Source: Lama glama
Taxonomy: Eukaryota
Assembly (NCBI GenBank): GCA_028534125.1
Contig: CM052818.1
Location: forward strand, 45,262,001-45,326,000
Direction of reading: 5' to 3'
Length of the DNA: 64,000 bases
Part shown: positions 25,225-37,849 of the stretch, piece by piece
Layout: every line of letters starts with the position of its first letter
Numbering within the stretch: the first letter of the stretch is position 1
Program-made: the position numbers and the translations under genes
The notes under the pieces: generated by a model
What the model was told of the DNA's origin: nothing
The model's database searches: none
The model's input: the letters and a program-made list of their open reading frames with translations, nothing else

Positions 25225-25385
25225 ATCATGTCCTGTACACAGAACTGGAAAAATAACGCAGAGTCCCCTTGCTCAAAAATTATTAAGAATTCAAGATGGC
25301 AACAGCAGAGTTTTAAACCAGGTCTGAGGCTTTTCGGAGCATGGGGCCCTGTGTGACTGCATGGGCCCTTTGCACGTCCTACACT
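25225..25385. mobile_element. hAT DNA transposon remnant (MER45-like)
   Basis: ccccttgctcaaaaattattaagaattcaagatggcaacagcagag..ggggccctgtgtgactgca. Confidence 0.6.
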
Positions 25386-26538
25386 TGTCATTGTCTCTGT
25401 TTCTCTGGAGCAGGAATCCCCAGAGCTCTGACCAGCTAGGGCAAGTCATCCATGAAGTGAATTGCTTTCTTCCAAAATCAATGGCTTTTGTTGTTGTTGT
25501 TGTTGTTTTTAAATAACCTGATTATGTTGAATGCTCCTAGAAGTTAGAACATTGACTAATATTACAATCCAGCTGCTCCATTCTGAAAACTGAGTCAACA
25601 AATGATTATGTTCAGTGAGACCCACTGAGATCAGGGCATTGCAGGCTCTGATGGAATGTATTTGCTACATCAGCCAGTAGTTCCATCACGAAGGTGGAGG
25701 CTGTGATAAGCTTTCAAGTACAGAGGTCACCGGTTTGTATTCTGTGTAGTATAATTAGCCTGTGCTCATTCTCAGTAAACATTTGTTCTTACTCAAAGGA
25801 TTCTATATGGTAAACACTCCCCAGTAGCTACTTCAGACAGACTGGAAATGCCTGCACGTGTGTATTTGGTATTACTTATAACGTGTAAGTGTGTGATTGA
25901 AAGAGGAACTGTGCAGTGAGGTAGCATCCCACGATGTGGGGCGGGGTGTAGGGTGTTTATTGTGGTCTGGTTTGGGGCCCAGGTAGTGAGGGTCTTCATG
26001 GTCAAGTGTAAGAAATCTTCCAGTCTGTCTTACTGCCAAGTTCTCTGGCTTGATTTCTCTTCCTCCAGAACTCCTTGGCCATGTGGACTATGTCCTATGC
26101 AGACTTATTCCTATTGTGCACAAGGTCTGGCAATAGTTCCAGTAAATGTTTGGCTGATGAATGGAAGATAAAGCACGAAAAAAGGAGAGAAGGAAATAGA
26201 AGGGAGGTTTCAGGGTTGGAGTCTATTATCTTAGGTGGAAATAAGATAACGCGTATTACCACTTAGAGCAACACCACCTAGAGCAGATAAGGAAACAAAA
26301 CACAACCTTACTTAATCTAAAGTTCAGCTTAACTTTGTCTATAGTGTAGACAATAACACATTCTGGTTCATTTAAGACAGTTAAATGCCCATATTATTAA
26401 TACTAATGACAACAATAATGAATTTATTTCAGTAACATTTATGAAATGTTGTTTTCTTAATAACATGCATATAGCTTCAACCATTTTAAATTTAGTTATT
26501 CATTCATTTATTTATTCAACAGACATTGAATGCTCATT

Positions 26539-27213
26539 TCATTTTTTTAGGAGTGTTTTAAGTTGTGATATAGTTTTACTATTGTCCTATCCATATTCTT
26601 TTTTTTTTAAATTGAGGTATAGCCAGTTTACAATGTGTCAATTTCTGGTGTATAGCATAATGTTTCAGTCATACATATACATACATATATTCATTTTTAT
26701 ATTCTTTTTCATTATAGGTTGCTACAAGATATTGAATATAGTTCCCTCTGCTATACAGAAGAAACTTGTTGTTTATTTATTTTATGTATACTAGTTAATA
26801 CTTGCAAATCTTGAACTCCCAATTTATCCTTTCCCACTCCCTTCCCCCAAGTAACCATAAGATTATTTACTATGTCTGTGAGTCCGTTTCTATCTTGTAG
26901 ATGAGTTCATTCGTGTCTTCTTTTTTCTATTTTTAGATTCCATATATGAGTGATATCATATGGTATTTTCTTTCTCATTCTGTCTTACTTCACTTAGAAA
27001 CTTCACTTAGCATGACAATCTCCAGATCCACCCATGTTGCTGCAAATGGCATTATTTTATTCTTTTTATGGCTGAGTAGTATTCCACTGTCTAAATATAC
27101 CACAGCTTCTTTATCCAGTCATCTGTCAACGGACATTTAGGTTGTTTCCTTGTCTTACCTATTGGGCTATTGTATACAGTGCTGCTATGAACATTGGGGT
27201 GCGTGTAGTCTTT
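26539..27213 (-). mobile_element. Young L1 3' fragment (26599-27213) plus ~50-bp extra 3' segment, inserted in an L2 3' end
   Basis: TSD gacattgaatgct(c/t)att at 26522-26538 and 27214-27230; two T-tracts at 26542-26548 and 26599-26608. Confidence 0.85.
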
Positions 27214-28025
27214 GACATTGAATGCTTATTACATGTTCTAATGAGGGGATAGATTTCCATGATCAAGCATTCTGCAGTTTATTTCACCAGTGGCCATTTG
27301 TGGATTTAACATATTAAAAAAAGTATATCTTTTTAAAGGTAAAAATATTAACTGGATATTCCTTTCTCTTTCTTTCCCAAGTTGCATAAATTGGACAAAG
27401 GGCATAACACAAGGTCGTGTGAATACAGAGGGCAGCGCCAATGTGCAAACTGCATATCATCCCTGAAAACGTTCACATTATCTAACACACATCCTGGAAT
27501 CTGTGAGCCAATTCAGCCCACAGAGAAACTCTTACATAGTAATATCTTATTTCTATATAATAATGTCATCTGCAAAGCATTTTCAATGCATAATTTCCCT
27601 TGAAACCTACCTTCCAGAAGCTTACAACCTAAAGCAGACATACTGACAAATGTCTAAACCCTGCCTGACATGTAGTAGTAACTCAATAGATATTTGTCAA
27701 ATGAGTGTATGAGTGAATATAGTTATAGGATATATGATCAAGAGTAAAGAAGTGTTTAAAAAAAAGAGTAAAGAAATATTAAAATAATACAAAAATTTTA
27801 CAGGAAGTCCTCAAGGCATTTCCATTCAATTCAGACATGTTGTCTACAAATTGTAGCGGCTGAATACATGTGTGTGTAACTAAGTTTAATTTTTCAAATC
27901 TTTGCTATGTGCCAAGAATCTGTTGCATGGAGAGAGGAGTGATTCTCTTTTTCCCTCGTGGGAAAGATAACCTGTACTGGATGATGATGGTGGTGGTGGT
28001 GATGTTGACAACAGCACGTGTTGTG

Positions 28026-28593
28026 TGTGGTGCACAGAATTCTAAGATGACCCGATGACCCTCATCTTTGCATAAATCCCCTCCCTTGTGAATATGATAC
28101 GATATTATGTTACATTACATGACAAAAGAGATTTTACAGATATAATTAAGGTTACTAATGGGTTGATCCCACCTACTCACCACCTCACCTGAGAGCCCTT
28201 TAGAAGAGTCTTCTCTGCTGGATGACCCACCCTGGCCAGCCTCAAAGACAGCAAGTGTCACACCGTGTGCTGCTCCTGAGGGTCACGGAGGACCTAAGAA
28301 TGGCTTCTGGAAGCTGGGAGTGGCCCCTGGCTGGCAGCCAGCAAGGAAACAAGGGATCTCCATCCTACAACTGCAGAAGACTGAATTCTGCCAACAGGAA
28401 GAATGAGCTTGGAAGCTGATTTTTCTCCAGAGCCTCTGGATCAGAACTCAGCTTGACCGACACCTTGGTTTCTTTCAGAGAACCCAGCCATGCCATGCCA
28501 GACTTCTGACCTACAGAACTGTGGGCTACTATTTGTTGTTTTAAACTGCTAAGTTTGTGGCCATTTGCTATATAGCAATAGAAAATGAATCCA
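28026..28593 (+). mobile_element. MaLR solo LTR (MLT1D/E-like)
   Basis: tgtggt..cagaattctaagatgaccc; ctgaattctgccaac; gacttctgacctacagaactgtg; ctaagtttgtgg..agcaatagaaaa. Confidence 0.85.
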
Positions 28594-28839
28594 GTTGTTA
28601 ATGGTATTTTTAAGGTGTGGAAAATTCCTCTGCTGGTTATGAGGATACCTAAGTGATGATTCAGAGAAACAAGGAAATGGGTGGGCTTGGCATCCTGGGC
28701 TGGGAAAGGTGTGGTTAGCCATCAGGCATTTCAATATTCTGAAATAGGGTCTGAAAGGCAAGAAGGAGACCACACGATCCGCAAGAGCCTGGAAGACAGA
28801 AACATGATCTTTGGTGATCACTTACAGTAACACCTTCCT

Positions 28840-29600
28840 CTTTCATTCATTCAACCAATATATTTATTTGTTGTATTCTCAGTGTTGCATATAATGACAC
28901 ATACTTATAGCAGTCAGATGGAGATGGTCCCTGTTCGCACAGGGCTTACATTCTAGTGAGCCTGGAGGAAACAGAGTATAAAAAATTTGAAGTGTCAAAG
29001 AGAAAAGTCACTTCAAGTGATAAATGCACGTGGATGTGATGGAGGCTCCTGGGGTTGGGAAGGGGCTGCTGTGAGGCAGAGAAGAGATCTGGGGTAGCGG
29101 GGTTGCATTTCAGCTCAGATCTGGATGCTGCAAAGCCACCAGCCATGAAAATGCTGAGGTTAGAGCATTCTGACAGAAAGAACAGCAAGTGCAAAGACCC
29201 TGAGGCCAGAAAAGCAAGAAGATAGTGTGACTCCCATCACGAGAGAGAGAGAGGTAGGCTGAAGACAGGTTGTGGAGGATCTTGCCGGCTTCAGGAAGGA
29301 GTTTGGATTTAAATGCCAGTGCACTGGATTCTAAGCAGGGGAGCGAAACTTTCTGATGCGCTGTTTTTTCCCCCTGATGCACTATTTTTAAAAGATTGCT
29401 CTGAGGGCTGTAGGTCAGCAGAGGCGTGAAAGCTGGGACATCAACCAGCAGTTCTGGGTAGACAGGCAGTCGTAGGTGGTGGTGGCAATGTAGAAATCTG
29501 CAAAATCTTTGTAGATAAAGCAGAAAGGATTTTCTGGTGCATTTGATTTGGTGAGTGAAGAAGTTCTGTTTACCAAGACGGGGAGAGCCAGAGGTGAGGG
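28840..29600 (-). mobile_element. L2 remnant
   Basis: cattcattcaaccaatatttatt L2 terminus; gaacagcaagtgcaaagaccctgagg; ggagtttggattt. Confidence 0.7.
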
Positions 29601-30120
29601 GCATCGTATGTTATGGTTTTCTAGGTGAAGCTGGGAAATCTATCCACAAGCCTATTGTCATGCTTGATAGAGAGAAAATGAGGAAGCAGGTTCTAGAAGA
29701 ACCATGGTGCTTCTAGGGAACTCAATGGGCTTGGGGGGAAGGGGCGGGCTGCAAACCTTACAGGCTGCAGTGTGGGGCGCGCTGCCTGGCCAGGTGGGTG
29801 TGCAGGGGGGTGGGGCTTGTTCCCTAGGCCCAAACCACGCAGGTCTTCCAAACCTTACTCAGTCCTAACCAATCCCTGCAGGAATCTGATGAGAATTCTG
29901 TGTCTCTTCCAAAGGAAAATGAACACATATAGATATTTTGAGTCAGTTTGGGGGCGGGGGTTAGAACTCCCTGAAGCCCATCTAGGGAGTCCTCACTGAT
30001 GGATCCCAGGTCAGTATGCTGAGCTAGGAGGGCCTGCAACAGAATCATCTAGGAGAAAGGCATCAAGAAAACTCACATTGACCAAAGGCCTGGAGTGCAC
30101 ATGTGATGGACATTTATCAT

Positions 30121-30192
30121 CTGCTGGGGATGGAGCCCAGGACCTTGTGCATGCTAAGCACATGCTCTACCACTGAGATGTACCCTCCCCAC
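30121..30192 (-). mobile_element. tRNA-derived SINE (short copy)
   Basis: gctggggatggagcccaggaccttgtgcatgctaagcacatgctctaccactgag. Confidence 0.85.
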
Positions 30193-30199
30193 CAGGCAT

Positions 30200-30665
30200 T
30201 TGTCATCTTTGACTGCCAAGCATTTGACCCCACCTCCAAGTTTGTAGACCCTGTCTTGGTGCAGAAGCTGAGAACACCATATGTCTTGTCTCAGCCTCCC
30301 ATGGAACTTGGATATGGGCCAGTGACCTGGGTTTGGCTGCTCAGATGGAGGCTGGGTTTTGAATGGGATTCGTCATGTCAAGACGGAGGAATGGGTGCAT
30401 CCTTCCTGGAGGTGGTGACTGTGTGGCAGCAGAAATGTCCAGTTTTCAGGGGTGGCGCACCACGGAGTCTGGATTCAGGGGCAATGGCAGCAGGGGCCTC
30501 AGTGGGAGGGTCCAGCTTCCTTTATTCCTTCTTGGTTTCTGAGCTAGCTTCCCTGCTTTCCAGAGGATTCTGTGAGTCTCTCAACAGCCTTTCTATAAGG
30601 TCTTTTTCCTTTTAAATTGAGCAGAGTTAATGACAGTTGTTTTCAACTAAGAACCCTGACAGATA
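30200..30665 (+). mobile_element. ERVL-class LTR remnant (LTR33/LTR16-like)
   Basis: gcagaagctgagaacacc..cagcctccc; 3' end ttcaactaagaaccctgacagata. Confidence 0.65.
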
Positions 30666-30799
30666 TTGGATGTAACCTCAGGACATGGAAAAGGACAAAG
30701 AAGAGGAGGCAAAGGGGAGGAAGAGGAGGGAGAGGAAGTGATTTACAGTCACACAGATGGGGTTTGCATCCTCCTCTCTCCTGCAGCCTGGGGCAGATT

Positions 30800-30907
30800 T
30801 GTTTGTCTTGTCTTGTCTTTCCTTTTTATGGAGGTGCTGGGGATTGAACCCAGGACCTCATGCATGCTAAGCACATGCTCCACCACTGAGCTAGACTCCC
30901 CACCCCC
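30800..30907 (-). mobile_element. tRNA-derived SINE (same family)
   Basis: ggaggtgctggggattgaacccaggacctcatgcatgctaagcacatgctccaccactgagcta. Confidence 0.88.
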
Positions 30908-31379
30908 TTGTTTGTTTTTCTTTTTAAACTTTCAAACCTACAGAAAAGTTGAGAATACTGTAGCTTCAACGACTCTCATACCCCTTACATAAATTGACCT
31001 CTTTGGGCAGGTTTCTCTTTCGTGAACCTGTCTCACTTTCCTCATTGGTAATCTTGGAAAATCAATAGTATATCCCTCATAAGGTTTTGGTGAAGATTAC
31101 ATGGGGCAACTTGTGCAAAACATTTCACTTAGAATGCTAACTGTGCATTCAATGAACTTTGGTGATTTTATTGTTATTCTCTCAATACATACATACACAG
31201 CATCTACATGGGGTGAGATGCTTTTGAGGCATCAGAGATTTGACGATATATCTTGCAATTTTGGAAGCTATGCAGATAAGTAAATTAAAAATTACAACAA
31301 TAGACAGTGTTCTTTACCACTGAATAATGTTTAATCATGAAAGTGGAAATCTCAGACTTGCAATGTTAGCTTAATCTTA

Positions 31380-31640
31380 AAAAAAATTTTTTATTTTGAA
31401 ATAATTTTAGATGCACAGAAAAGTTGTAAATACACCACAGAGAGTTCCAGTACACTTCACCCAGCTCCCCCATTCTCCCCACCTGACATAACCATCACGT
31501 GTTTATCAAAACTGAGAAACTAACGTTGCTGCAGCACTATTAACTAAACTACAGATTTTATTCAGATGTTACCAATTTCTCCACTAATGTCTTCTTTCTG
31601 TTCCAGGATCCAATCCAGGATACCACGTTGCATTTAGGAC
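31380..31640 (-). mobile_element. L1MB/MC-like 3' end fragment
   Basis: ttattttgaaataattttaga..cacagaaaagttg..ttccaggatccaatccaggataccacgttgcatttag. Confidence 0.75.
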
Positions 31641-32399
31641 CTAATTCTTAATTCTTTTTAGTCTTTTACTTAAAGATGTGCTAATGTAAACCTGGCTATA
31701 CGTTTATTATGCTTTTAGCCCTTGTATTACTAATCACTGAAACAAATGTACACAGTTTGTTCATGCAAAAGTTTAAAACTTCAAATCGATATAATTCAGA
31801 CTATGATGATTGCTATTGTTTGTATGAAAACCAGTTGCTGCTTTGCTGGATGAATATACAGCACTGCGATGGCAGGAGTTCTTTTGCGTTCTTTATCCCT
31901 ATCTGATTTATTTCTTCCCACCACTGTCTTTTATTTGCTCAGCTGCAAAACCACAATAGGCCGTGACATCATTGGACTTTCACCTGGCTCCGGCCTGTCC
32001 CTATCATATTACTTCATACCATCCCTCCCCTTCTAATCATTGAACCGAGACAATAAACGTAGTGGCACGTGGCATCAGCGAACTGGAAGCTCAAGTGCAA
32101 ACTCGGCACTGATATGAGTGATAGTACTTTTCAGAAGATGCCAACCAGATAGTCAGAGATGCTTATATCGATTACTAAAAAGATTATTGTTGAAATAGGA
32201 AAAAAAAAACCAAAATGTTATTTTGCAAGTACAACTGTAAGCCCCAATTTAAGAAACTGCAGTGAGATTTTATACCACGTGTGATGAGGACTTGGATTTT
32301 TAAGGGCTCCTGGGGAAGAAGAAGGATGAACAGGTTACTGAGGTTCACAGAGAGAGGTGTTAAAAGTGCTCAGAAGAGAAGTTGCAAAGACTCGAAGGA

Positions 32400-32860
32400 G
32401 GTGTGAGAGAGGGTCTCGCATTTTTCAAGCTGTGAGTAACGCAGCTGGGAGAGCCTAGGGAGTGAGGGTGGGGGTGAGAGAGGAGACAGGGAATGGGCAG
32501 CATCAGGTACAGTGCAGGGAAAGTCAGAAGGGGCCGGCAGAGGTGTTCAGATATGTTCTAGGTTTGGGGAGAACTAAAGAGTTATGAGGTAGAGTGCTGA
32601 CATCAGATTTCCCTATTGGAAAGATGACTCTGTCTCCTGTGGAGACAGATTTGAGGCAGGAAGACTAGAATACAAGGGTTGCAGTGGGCCAGGGTGGGAG
32701 AGGATGAGGTTTGAACTCCTCTGGCTGTGGGAACAGAGGAGAATGAATTTGACATCTGAAAGTTAGAATCAAAAGGATTTCGAGATGGATTGGCTGTGGA
32801 GGTAAAGAATTGGGAGAGGAATCTTGAACGTTACTTGAAGGTTTCTGGAATAACAAACCA
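32400..32860 (-). mobile_element. L2 remnant
   Basis: tggaaagatgactctg..gtggagacagatttgagg..gatggattgg..gaaggtttctgg. Confidence 0.55.
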
Positions 32861-33147
32861 GTAACAGAGCATTTAAGTTTATTTGGAGTCTACAGCTTTC
32901 CTTTTTTCTTAAACAGTTTTTAATGTTTTGGTTCCCAGGAGTAAATAATAATAACTATTATATAGTGCTTACTGTATCAGCAACTAAGGGCTTCATATGT
33001 TTTGTGTTTTATTCAACCCTAAAAGCCCATTAACTAGAAGATGCACCATTACCCTATGTACCATTAGAAGAAAAAATACTGTCAATTAAATATGCATGAC
33101 ACACAAGACACATCCTGATCTCAGGGATGTTAAAAATAGATATCCTG

Positions 33148-33287
33148 TGGGGGAGGTTACAGCTCAAGTGGTAAAGTGCATGCTTAGTATGCATGAGGTC
33201 CTGGGTTCAATCCCCAGTAAGTTCTCTAAAAATAAACAAACAAATAAACAAACCTAATCTCCCCCCAAAACACCCCCCAAAACAAAC
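33148..33287 (+). mobile_element. tRNA-derived SINE nested within MIR and older repeat sequence
   Basis: Family pattern; TSD aaaaatagata(t/c)cctg at 33132-33147 and 33288-33303. Confidence 0.9.
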
Positions 33288-35077
33288 AAAAATAGATACC
33301 CTGGACTCAATGATTTACAGCACACACTCATTTTATCTTTACAACGGCCCTTAAGGTAGGTACTATTATTATGCTCATTGTTCAAATGAGAAGACAGAAG
33401 CAGAGAGATTACATAAAATTGCTCTATCCAGCCTCCATCCAGGTGGCCAGTGGTAGAGCCAGGATTTGGACCCATGCTGTCTGCCTTTGAAGTCTGTGCT
33501 CTTAGCTCTAAGCTTGGGATTGAATAAAGCACCATATTCAAGTTCACTACAGTCTAGGGACTGAATGCCTGTGTTAGAGATGAAACTAGAAACACCTGAG
33601 AAGCTGCCCCTGCTTTGTCGTTCCATCCTCAGGAGAAAGCAACCTTACAGTACAATAGGTCAAACCCTCAGGCCAGGGACTGTAGGGAGGGTGCTGTCCT
33701 GACACCAAGGACTGAGAACAGCTTGTTTTACTTGGCAGAAAACACCGTGTTCCTTTGAGTGTGGTTCCTGACTCTAAGCTGTGACATTTCTTGTTGGAGA
33801 GACAAGACGTATGAATGGGCATATTGGAAACAATAACCATCTGGCACAAAGCTATGTTGTTTTCAATGTTACCAAAGGCCAAAGTGTATGAAACAAAGAA
33901 TTAGGACTTTGGGTCAGGATGGGGAATGATTCATTAATTGATTCATTTTTATCAAGAAATACTTACTGAGACTGGGGAGGGCTGGGCTGTGGTTACGGTG
34001 GCTGAGGGAGACAGCCTGAGTGGGTGAGGAGGTGGGGAAAAAAATTTACTGAGACTGTGCTCTATACCAGACACTGGGTTAAGCCCAGGGAACTCAGAGA
34101 TGAATTAAGTCCAGTCCTGTCATCAGATCTAGATGGAAGGGGTGGTCAGACAAGTACATTACAAACCACAAAGGTAATTGCCATGGACTTATTTCAAATC
34201 TTTCAAAATTATCCAAGGATGAGAGAGTGGTGAGGGTGTAGCTGAAACATGATGGTTCATGTGTGAATTGTTGAAGCTAAGTTGTAAACACGTAAGTTCG
34301 ATATGCTAGTACACTTTTAAATATGTTAAAACTCTCCTACAGTAATAATAATAAAAAAGAAAATAATGGGTGAAGAACATGTTCAAAAGTAGCCCATCCC
34401 ATGTTTAACAACAAAAAAAGAAACTTTATGGGCTCTTAAAAAAAAATGACATTTTAATTAGCCTTGAGAGACTGTGACTTAAGGAAACCAGAGTGCCCTA
34501 AGGAAACTGCCAGAAAGAGGCGTCTGGTAGAGCATGGCTTCCATGTTCATTATTTTTGTTTGTAGGACAACATGTTAAATTACTGTGTATTTTGGCTAAT
34601 AAAAATCTGCAAAAAAGAGAGGTATTTGTTCAGCACAGTGAAAGCACAAGAGAATGAGCAAAATATTCAAAAGGTGAGTTTTGAGCAGCTGGTGGAGTTT
34701 GGATATAACGAGATGGGGAGGGCACTCCAAGATCCAGATGAGCATCAGCAATGATTCAGAACCAAAATAATGAAACTGATGTTCATAGACAGATGGCGAG
34801 TCTAGAGGTCAGTCAGTGGGAAACAGGACTGCATAAGGTAAAGCGAAATGGTCCAGCCCTTTATTATCAAAGTTAGGAGTTGGTTTTATCTTTATATCTT
34901 ATACCTAAAACACTTACATGGCACTTAACACACGACAGATACTGTTGTGTTTTACAGTCAATGGGCCTTTACAATACCTTCTTGAAAATAATAAAAGTAA
35001 ATTTTTGAGCATAAAATTTTTCAAAATGTCTTGAAAGTCATTCTGCATATTTTGGAAAACAAGTGTTTTCTATTTTT

Positions 35078-35342
35078 TTAAAATTGAGGTAGAGTTGATT
35101 AACAATATTATATTAGTTTCAGGTGTACAACATACTGATTCAATATTTTTATAGCTTATACTCCATTTAAAGTTACTATAAAATATTGGCTATAATCATT
35201 GTATTGTACAATATAATCCTTGTAGTTTATTTTTTACGTAGTAGTTTGTACCTCTTAATCCGGTACTCCTATCTTGCTCCTCCCCTCTCCTCATTGGTTA
35301 ACAACCACTAGTTTATTCTGTATGTCTGTGATTGTTTCTGTT
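35078..35342 (-). mobile_element. Young L1 3' end fragment
   Basis: aattgaggtagagttgattaacaatattatattagtttcaggtgtaca; TSD ag(t/c)gttttctattttt at 35062-35077 and 35343-35358. Confidence 0.85.
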
Positions 35343-35883
35343 AGCGTTTTCTATTTTTATTACTTGCTTAAAAGGTTTATTTTATTATCTCTATGAAGCC
35401 CATGACCTCTCTCTACCTTGGCACACTGCCTCCCCAAGGACGATGGCAGTCCTGCATATTTTCTCAAAGAAAATCTCAGGCAGAGGCAGAATTTGGACTG
35501 GAACTTTAGGGACAGTTATAATGGGAACAAAATTGCTAAGCCCTGAAGTCCTTACTCTGCCATGAACAATATAGTTTGTGCTCAAAGTGACCCACATCAG
35601 TGATACATAAGTGAAGTGAGTTCCAATTTCAAAAGGACCCGTTTGCACAGTTAACCTGCACCTTCCCCTGAAGTTTCATCTAACTATACCAAGAATTCTT
35701 AAGTCCTCAGATCTGGGTAACAGGAAAGGCAATTCTCTATGTAATTGTATGATCAACACAGAAAATTTGTGAACTTCCTGAAAATGATACTTAAGGGAGA
35801 GGCTAGGCCTGCCAATACTGTGAAACACCCACCTCAAAAGATATCAGGTTCAAATTCAATTCTTATTTCCTTACTCAGTGGTT

Positions 35884-37712
35884 TGCTGGGGAGCCAATCT
35901 GCCCTTCTAGGTTCTTCTGACTGGTCTAAGAATTAAATTGACATAGACATTAATAAGAGAAAATCAAACAAAAGTTTAATAACATATATACCTGAGAGAG
36001 ACCCAGGAAATCTGAGTAATTCACCAAAATGGCCAAAACCCTCACCTTAAATACTACCTTCAGCTAAAGATAGAAAAGGTTATTTGGGGCAGTGGTTTGG
36101 GACTTCAAAGGCAAGGAAGGCAACTGACATTGAGATTAAAAAGCAAATGTTTGCTCCAAAGAAGACATACAGATGTCCAACAGGCACATGAAATATCGCT
36201 AATTATGAGAGAAATGCAAATCAAAACTACAATGACGTATCACCTTACACTGGTCAGAATGGTCATCATCAAAAAATCTACAAATAATAAATGCTGGAGA
36301 GGGTGTGAATAAAAAGGAACCCTCCTACACTGTTGGTGGGAATGTAAATTGATGCAGCCACTATGGAGAGCAGTATGGAGGTTCCTTAAAAAACTAGAAA
36401 TAAGATCCAGCAATTCCACTCCTGGGCATATATCTGGAAAAGACACATGCACCCCAATGTTCATAGCAGCACTATTTACAATAGCCAAGATGTAGTCTCA
36501 ACCTAAATGTCCATTGACAGGTAAATGGATAAAGAAGATATATGATACATATAGAAATAATGGACTACTATTCAGCCATAAAAAGAATGAAATAATGCCA
36601 TTTGCAGCAACATGGATGGACTTGGAGATTATCATACTAAACGAAGCAAGTCAGAGAAAGACAAATATCATACGATATCATTTATATGTAGAATCTAAAA
36701 AATTGATACAATTGAACTTATTTACAAAACAGAGATGGACTCAAAGACATTGAAGACAAACTTATGGTTACCAAAGGGGAAAGGAGGGAGGGATAAATTA
36801 GGAGTTTGGGATTAACAGGTACACACTACTATACACAAAATAGTTAAACAATAAGGACCTACTGTGTAGCATGGGGAACTATATTCATTATCTTATAATA
36901 ATCTAAATGGAAAATTATCAGAAAAAATATATGTACACACATATAACTGAACTACTTTTCTGTATACATGAAACTAACATAATATTGTAAATCAACTATA
37001 CTTCAATTTTAAAAGTTTATTAAAATGTACATAAAATTGTTGCTAGAATTGGCATCTCTGAACCACAACCTATGGCTGTTTTATTAAACACCAGAAGAGA
37101 AGAGGAATGGACAATCAGACATTCAGATATTTTGTCAACATGCTGTTAAGTGTAGTGATGTTTTAGAAACATCCACTGTTTGACAATTTTATTCCCACAG
37201 CTGTTTAGTGTTGCATAGGCACAGAGATTTCCCCTTAATCTAAAGACCCTAATCATCTGTTAGAGCAGTGTATTCCATTTGTATACCACAGCCCGTATTT
37301 TATATCATGGCCCACTATATTTGTGCATATATTCACACCTGCATCCACCCCCCGCAAATGTATAATTGAAAAAACAGCTTCAAAAAGTAATACATAGCCT
37401 TATTACATGTGATGAAAAAGAAAAAAAAAGCAAATGCTTGGTAAACTACTGCTAGCTCTGGGCCATGCAGAGGCAATGGGACAGAGAGAGGAATTTTAAC
37501 AGATTTTGCTGGGTTCCTGTCTACCACACCTAGTTCATACTATAGCTATCTATGGTGACAGCTCCCTTCTAGAACAGGTCTTCTACCTACATTTCTTTAG
37601 GCAGTCAAGGGGAAGGCCAAAGTTTCTCCTCAGTCTTTTGGACCTGTTTTCACCTCAAAATAATCTGCATGCCAAAGAGACATTTTGGGGTGGCAGATTT
37701 GGGTTCCCTACA
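35884..37712 (-). mobile_element. ERV1-class solo LTR split into 35884-36153 and 37425-37712 by an L1 insertion
   Basis: TG..CA ends; ctcaaaataatctgcatgccaaagagacattttggggtggca terminus; minus-strand ATTAAA followed by ttttctcttattaat; flanks ggtt and ggat. Confidence 0.7.
36154..37424 (+). mobile_element. Young L1 3' fragment (36154-37014) plus ~400-bp non-L1 segment and A-tail
   Basis: L1 ORF2 end and 3'UTR text; TSD aaaaagcaaatg(t/c)ttg at 36138-36153 and 37425-37440. Confidence 0.88.
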
Positions 37713-37849
37713 GGATGAACCTCAAACAAATCCAGGTGAAAAATATCATTTAATACACCAAATTTTTAAAATATTTTTTTCTAATGTAATGTAGCAGAAA
37801 CACTGGCGAGAAAGGAATACACTTTCATTCTGAATTCGCTCAAAGGCCA

